DNA from: Trueperaceae bacterium
GTDB taxonomy: Bacteria > Deinococcota > Deinococci > Deinococcales > Trueperaceae
DNA length: 64,000 nucleotides
Direction of reading: 5' to 3'
Assembly (NCBI GenBank): GCA_035703635.1
Contig: DASSXV010000069.1
Coordinates: 24,889-88,888 of the forward strand
Shown here piece after piece: positions 60,844 to 64,000 of this stretch (the first letter of the stretch is position 1; every line of letters starts with the position of its first letter). Under the pieces are notes generated by a model. It was not told the origin of the DNA, made no database searches, and saw only the letters and a program-made list of their open reading frames with translations. The position numbers were made by a program, and so were the translations under genes.

Positions 60844-60865
60844 TGTCCGGTGCGAACGGCGAGGC

Positions 60866-61585
60866 TTGACCTTGGAGTACGTCTGCCTCGCCGCTGGCCG
60901 CGGCACGCGCATGGGGCGCCTCGGGAGCTACTTGCAGAAATGCATGTACCCCGTCGGACTGAGGCCGTTCCTCGAACTAGCGCTCGCTGAGGCGGTCGCC
61001 GCCGGCGCGCAGCGCGTTCACGTGGTCGTCGGGCACCTCCAGGAGCAGATCAGGGCGTACTTCGGTGGCGAGTACGCTGGCATGGAGCTCGTTTACGTCG
61101 TCCAACAGCAGCCACTCGGCACCGGGCATGCCGTCGCGCAAGTGGCGCCGCTAGTGACGGGCGCCGGGTCGGTGCTCGTGTGGCAGGCGGACGTGTTCGT
61201 GCCGCGGGAGCTGTTCGAGCAACTGGCGCGCCACGCCGCACCTAACGTGCTCACGCTGGTCGAGGAGGAGGACGCCCCTCCAGACGTGATGGTCACGGCG
61301 GACGCCACCCACGTTACGCGCGCCTGGCAGGGCGCAGGGCCGTACTCTGACGCGGGCGTCTGGCGGCTCGAGCCAAGGCTGATGGCGGAGCTGGCCGCAC
61401 AGGCGAGCCCGGGCGGCGAGTACCGCATGTTGCCCAACCTCCAACTACTCCTCGACGCTGGCCGGGCAGAAGTCGGCTTTCAGACCATCGGTCAGCGCTT
61501 GCACCTCGGCGGCAGCCACCCGTCGCCCGAGGAGAACGTAGCTGCGGTGGTCGGGCGCTTACTCGAGCGCGGCCGCCAAGCGTGA
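60866..61585 (+). CDS. Sugar-phosphate nucleotidyltransferase (NTP_transferase family)
   Basis: Motifs LAAGRGTRM, QKCMYPVGLRPFL and QQPLGTGHAV. Confidence 0.82.
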   Translation: MTLEYVCLAAGRGTRMGRLGSYLQKCMYPVGLRPFLELALAEAVAAGAQRVHVVVGHLQEQIRAYFGGEYAGMELVYVVQQQPLGTGHAVAQVAPLVTGAGSVLVWQADVFVPRELFEQLARHAAPNVLTLVEEEDAPPDVMVTADATHVTRAWQGAGPYSDAGVWRLEPRLMAELAAQASPGGEYRMLPNLQLLLDAGRAEVGFQTIGQRLHLGGSHPSPEENVAAVVGRLLERGRQA

Positions 61586-62556
61586 GCGACATGCTAGTCG
61601 CACGGGCGCCGCTACGTGTCCCTCTCGCTGGTGGCCTAACGGACATCGCGCCGTACGCCGAGCGCTTCGGAGGCGTGACGCTGAGCGCCACCATCTCGCT
61701 CGCGGCGCACGTCACGTGGTTGCCGAGCCCGAGCGGGCGGTTCGAGGTGGCCGCGGAAGGTGAAGTCTTCGCGGCGGACTCCGTAAGCGAGTTGCGGCAC
61801 GACCTGGTGCGCGTCGCCTTGACCTCCGTCGAGGTCGACCACCCGCCCGTGCGCATCGGGGTGTGGTTGGACGTGGAGGGCAGGAGCGGGTTAGGTGCAT
61901 CTGGTGCCGTGTGCACCGCACTCGTTCATGCTGCGCTGAGCGCACGCGGAGAGGCGCCCAGCCCGGCGGAGCTTGGGGCATGGGCGGCGCGGCTAGAGGT
62001 CGATGAGTTGGCTGGCGCCTCCGGTTATCACGACGCCAACATCGCCGCTCGCGGCGGCCTCCGTTGCCTCGAGTACGCAGGCTCTCACGTCACCGAGTCG
62101 CCTCTCGCGCTTAGCGAGGCGCAGAGGGACGCCGCGCTGGGAGCGTTTCTGCTGTTCGCTTCGCCGCGGCGCGGCTCGACGCACGCCTCGTTGACGAAGC
62201 TCGTCGCGCGCTTCGACGAGGCGCTGCCCGTGCTGCACGACATCAAGGCCTTGGCGTACGAACTCGTCGCCGCGCTTCAGGCTGGTGATCTAGCGCGCCA
62301 AGCCTGGTGCGTCGGCGAGCAGCAGCGCCTCAAGCAGCTGCTGCCAGGCGACTTCGAGGACGACTGGGTGCGGGCGCTCGTGGCGCGGATCAGGCGGGTA
62401 GGGGCAAGCGTGCAGTTGCCTGGCGGCAAGATCGGCGGCTTCGTGCTCGTCTGCTGCCCAGACGGACAGGCAGAAGAGGTGCGAGCTGCGCTCCATGAAC
62501 TCCGCGAAGTGCCTCTCGAGTTCACGCAGGCGGGCAGCGCTGTCAAGCGCGCGTAG
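61582..62556 (+). CDS. GHMP-family sugar kinase (HddA-like)
   Basis: Motifs RAPLRVPLAGGLTD, GRSGLGASGA and GYHD..AARGG. Confidence 0.8.
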   Translation: MSDMLVARAPLRVPLAGGLTDIAPYAERFGGVTLSATISLAAHVTWLPSPSGRFEVAAEGEVFAADSVSELRHDLVRVALTSVEVDHPPVRIGVWLDVEGRSGLGASGAVCTALVHAALSARGEAPSPAELGAWAARLEVDELAGASGYHDANIAARGGLRCLEYAGSHVTESPLALSEAQRDAALGAFLLFASPRRGSTHASLTKLVARFDEALPVLHDIKALAYELVAALQAGDLARQAWCVGEQQRLKQLLPGDFEDDWVRALVARIRRVGASVQLPGGKIGGFVLVCCPDGQAEEVRAALHELREVPLEFTQAGSAVKRA

Positions 62557-62562
62557 CGTGGG

Positions 62563-63075
62563 CTAAGCGGGGTAGGTCACGCGCTCTAGCATCACCGTCA
62601 GCTCTTGTTCGCCCGCCGTGAAGGTGACGCTCTCGCCGGCCCTGCGCCCCATCAGCGCCTCCGCGGCTGGCGCCGTGAACGCTATCCGGCCCTCGAAGGG
62701 GTCCGCTTCGTCGACGCCGACTAGCGTAAGTTCCGCCGCTTGCCCTGCATGCGGACCGTTCTGGTAGCGCACGAGCACCGTCGCGCCGACCCCCGCCGTG
62801 CCATCGGCAGGTGGCTGCACGACCTTGGCGCTCGCGAGGCGCTCGAGGAGTAGCAGGAGTTCCTCCTCGAGTCCAGCCGCCCTGCGCGTCGCCTCGCCCG
62901 TTTCTTCTCCCGCCTTCAGCTCTTCGAGTGCCGCGAGTTTGGCGGCGCGCTCCTGCTCGAGAGCCACAAGGCCAGCGGGCGTGACTAGGTTGGCTACACC
63001 GTCTGGTAGCGGCGCGCGGTGCGTAACGACGACGTCATCGCTGTCGGCGTCCTCCTTGACGAAAGCCCGACTCAC
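62563..63075 (-). CDS. GreA/GreB-family protein (SRAFVKE type)
   Basis: Motifs SRAFVKED, VTPAG and LVGVDEADP..IAFTAPAAEALMG. Confidence 0.82.
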   Translation of the reverse strand: MSRAFVKEDADSDDVVVTHRAPLPDGVANLVTPAGLVALEQERAAKLAALEELKAGEETGEATRRAAGLEEELLLLLERLASAKVVQPPADGTAGVGATVLVRYQNGPHAGQAAELTLVGVDEADPFEGRIAFTAPAAEALMGRRAGESVTFTAGEQELTVMLERVTYPA

Positions 63076-63124
63076 GCTGCCGCCCTGCGCGCGCGCGGCC
63101 TCGGGCGACGTCTGCCGCTCAACC

Positions 63125-64000
63125 TCAGAGCCCCGCGATGAGGTCGGAGATGCGCTGCTCCAGGGTCCTGACGTCCTCGCGCAAAGCTGCTTGCTTCTCG
63201 AGCATGGCGGCAAGCGAGTCTTCCTGCGCGGTGAGGTCGGTCACGTAGCGCTGGTAGAGCTGGCTGGACTGCTGCAGCGCCGTCATGTTCTGCCTGATGC
63301 GCGCCTGCTCCTCGTGCACGGTCGCGATGCTCATCTCGACCGCGTTCAGGTCGGCGCGCTTAGCTGCCGCCTGGCGCTGCAGGTCTACGATCTGCTCGAC
63401 GGTCGCGCGGTCCGTTGCGCTCAAGGTCACGTTCTGGAGGTAGAAGGCTAGGGTGTCGACGCCGACGCTAGCGAGCGTCGTCGTGCGGTTGTCTTTGCGC
63501 TCCAACACCACTTCGAGCACGCAGTCGGCGCCAGCCTGGCAGGAGAGTTGGGTTGGCACCGTGTCGCTGCCGCCGTTGAGGGCCACACCGAAGCGGTACG
63601 CGGCGTCCGTGATGACTGGCGCAGGCTGCGGTGCGACCACGTCGAAGCCAGCCAAGCGCGGTAGTTCGACGACGAGGAAGCGCGGGTCCGTGGTCGCAGA
63701 AGTGATGGCGACGGTCGTGGTGCGGCGCGTGGAGGTGGTGGCCTCGATCAGGCCGCCCTCCAACTTCACGGCGGTGACTTGCTCTGCCGCGTTGCTGCTC
63801 GTGCGCAGGAGGCTGACGTCGAGGTCGACGGCGTACTGCAGCATGCGTGACTCTCCCGGCACCACGTCGCTTAGTTGCGCGGTGCCAGCGAACACGCCGG
63901 CGCTGTAGATGGTGACGGTGCCGGCGGCCAAGTGCAGGCCGGTGTCGTTGGTCAGGCGCACCGCGCGCAGGGGGTGATCTGCGAGGGTGGCCTCGTTGTA
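63125..64000 (-). CDS. DUF4139-like protein, C-terminal part (5'-truncated by the window edge)
   Basis: HPLRAVRLTNDTGLHLAAG..YAVD followed by a coiled-coil tail (EQARIRQNM). Confidence 0.6.
   Translation of the reverse strand, partial: YNEATLADHPLRAVRLTNDTGLHLAAGTVTIYSAGVFAGTAQLSDVVPGESRMLQYAVDLDVSLLRTSSNAAEQVTAVKLEGGLIEATTSTRRTTTVAITSATTDPRFLVVELPRLAGFDVVAPQPAPVITDAAYRFGVALNGGSDTVPTQLSCQAGADCVLEVVLERKDNRTTTLASVGVDTLAFYLQNVTLSATDRATVEQIVDLQRQAAAKRADLNAVEMSIATVHEEQARIRQNMTALQQSSQLYQRYVTDLTAQEDSLAAMLEKQAALREDVRTLEQRISDLIAGL

Overview
High-GC, gene-dense bacterial chromosomal window, most consistent with Deinococcota (Truepera-like). This placement is inferred from a DrRRA-like response regulator, a 7Fe ferredoxin, a stand-alone ruvA and many apparently leaderless genes with a TANNNT -10 box 5-7 nt before the start. 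It holds about 50 CDSs and no rRNA, tRNA, CRISPR array, transposase or prophage that I can see. Housekeeping and metabolic genes include malQ, ruvA, ald, truB, dcd, alaS-HAD-ruvX-mltG, phnDCEE, deoC-ALDH16-kbl-tdh, hppA and pgm. The most interesting parts are: (i) a ~18 kb stress block with four universal stress protein genes, a full-length cyclic beta-1,2-glucan synthase coupled to a USP gene, CsbD, H+-PPase, pgm and a sensor-less NarX/DosS-type kinase with a NarL-type regulator; (ii) a WYL regulator transcribed with a divergent nucleotidyltransferase and GHMP kinase; (iii) an SPFH-secreted hydrolase-ribbon-helix-helix operon with a triple 11-bp-period operator; (iv) a racemase plus D-cysteine desulfhydrase-family pair; (v) several apparently altered or pseudo-enzymes; and (vi) a leaderless 22-aa uORF heading the DrRRA-like operon. 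All product calls come from motif recognition, without database searches.
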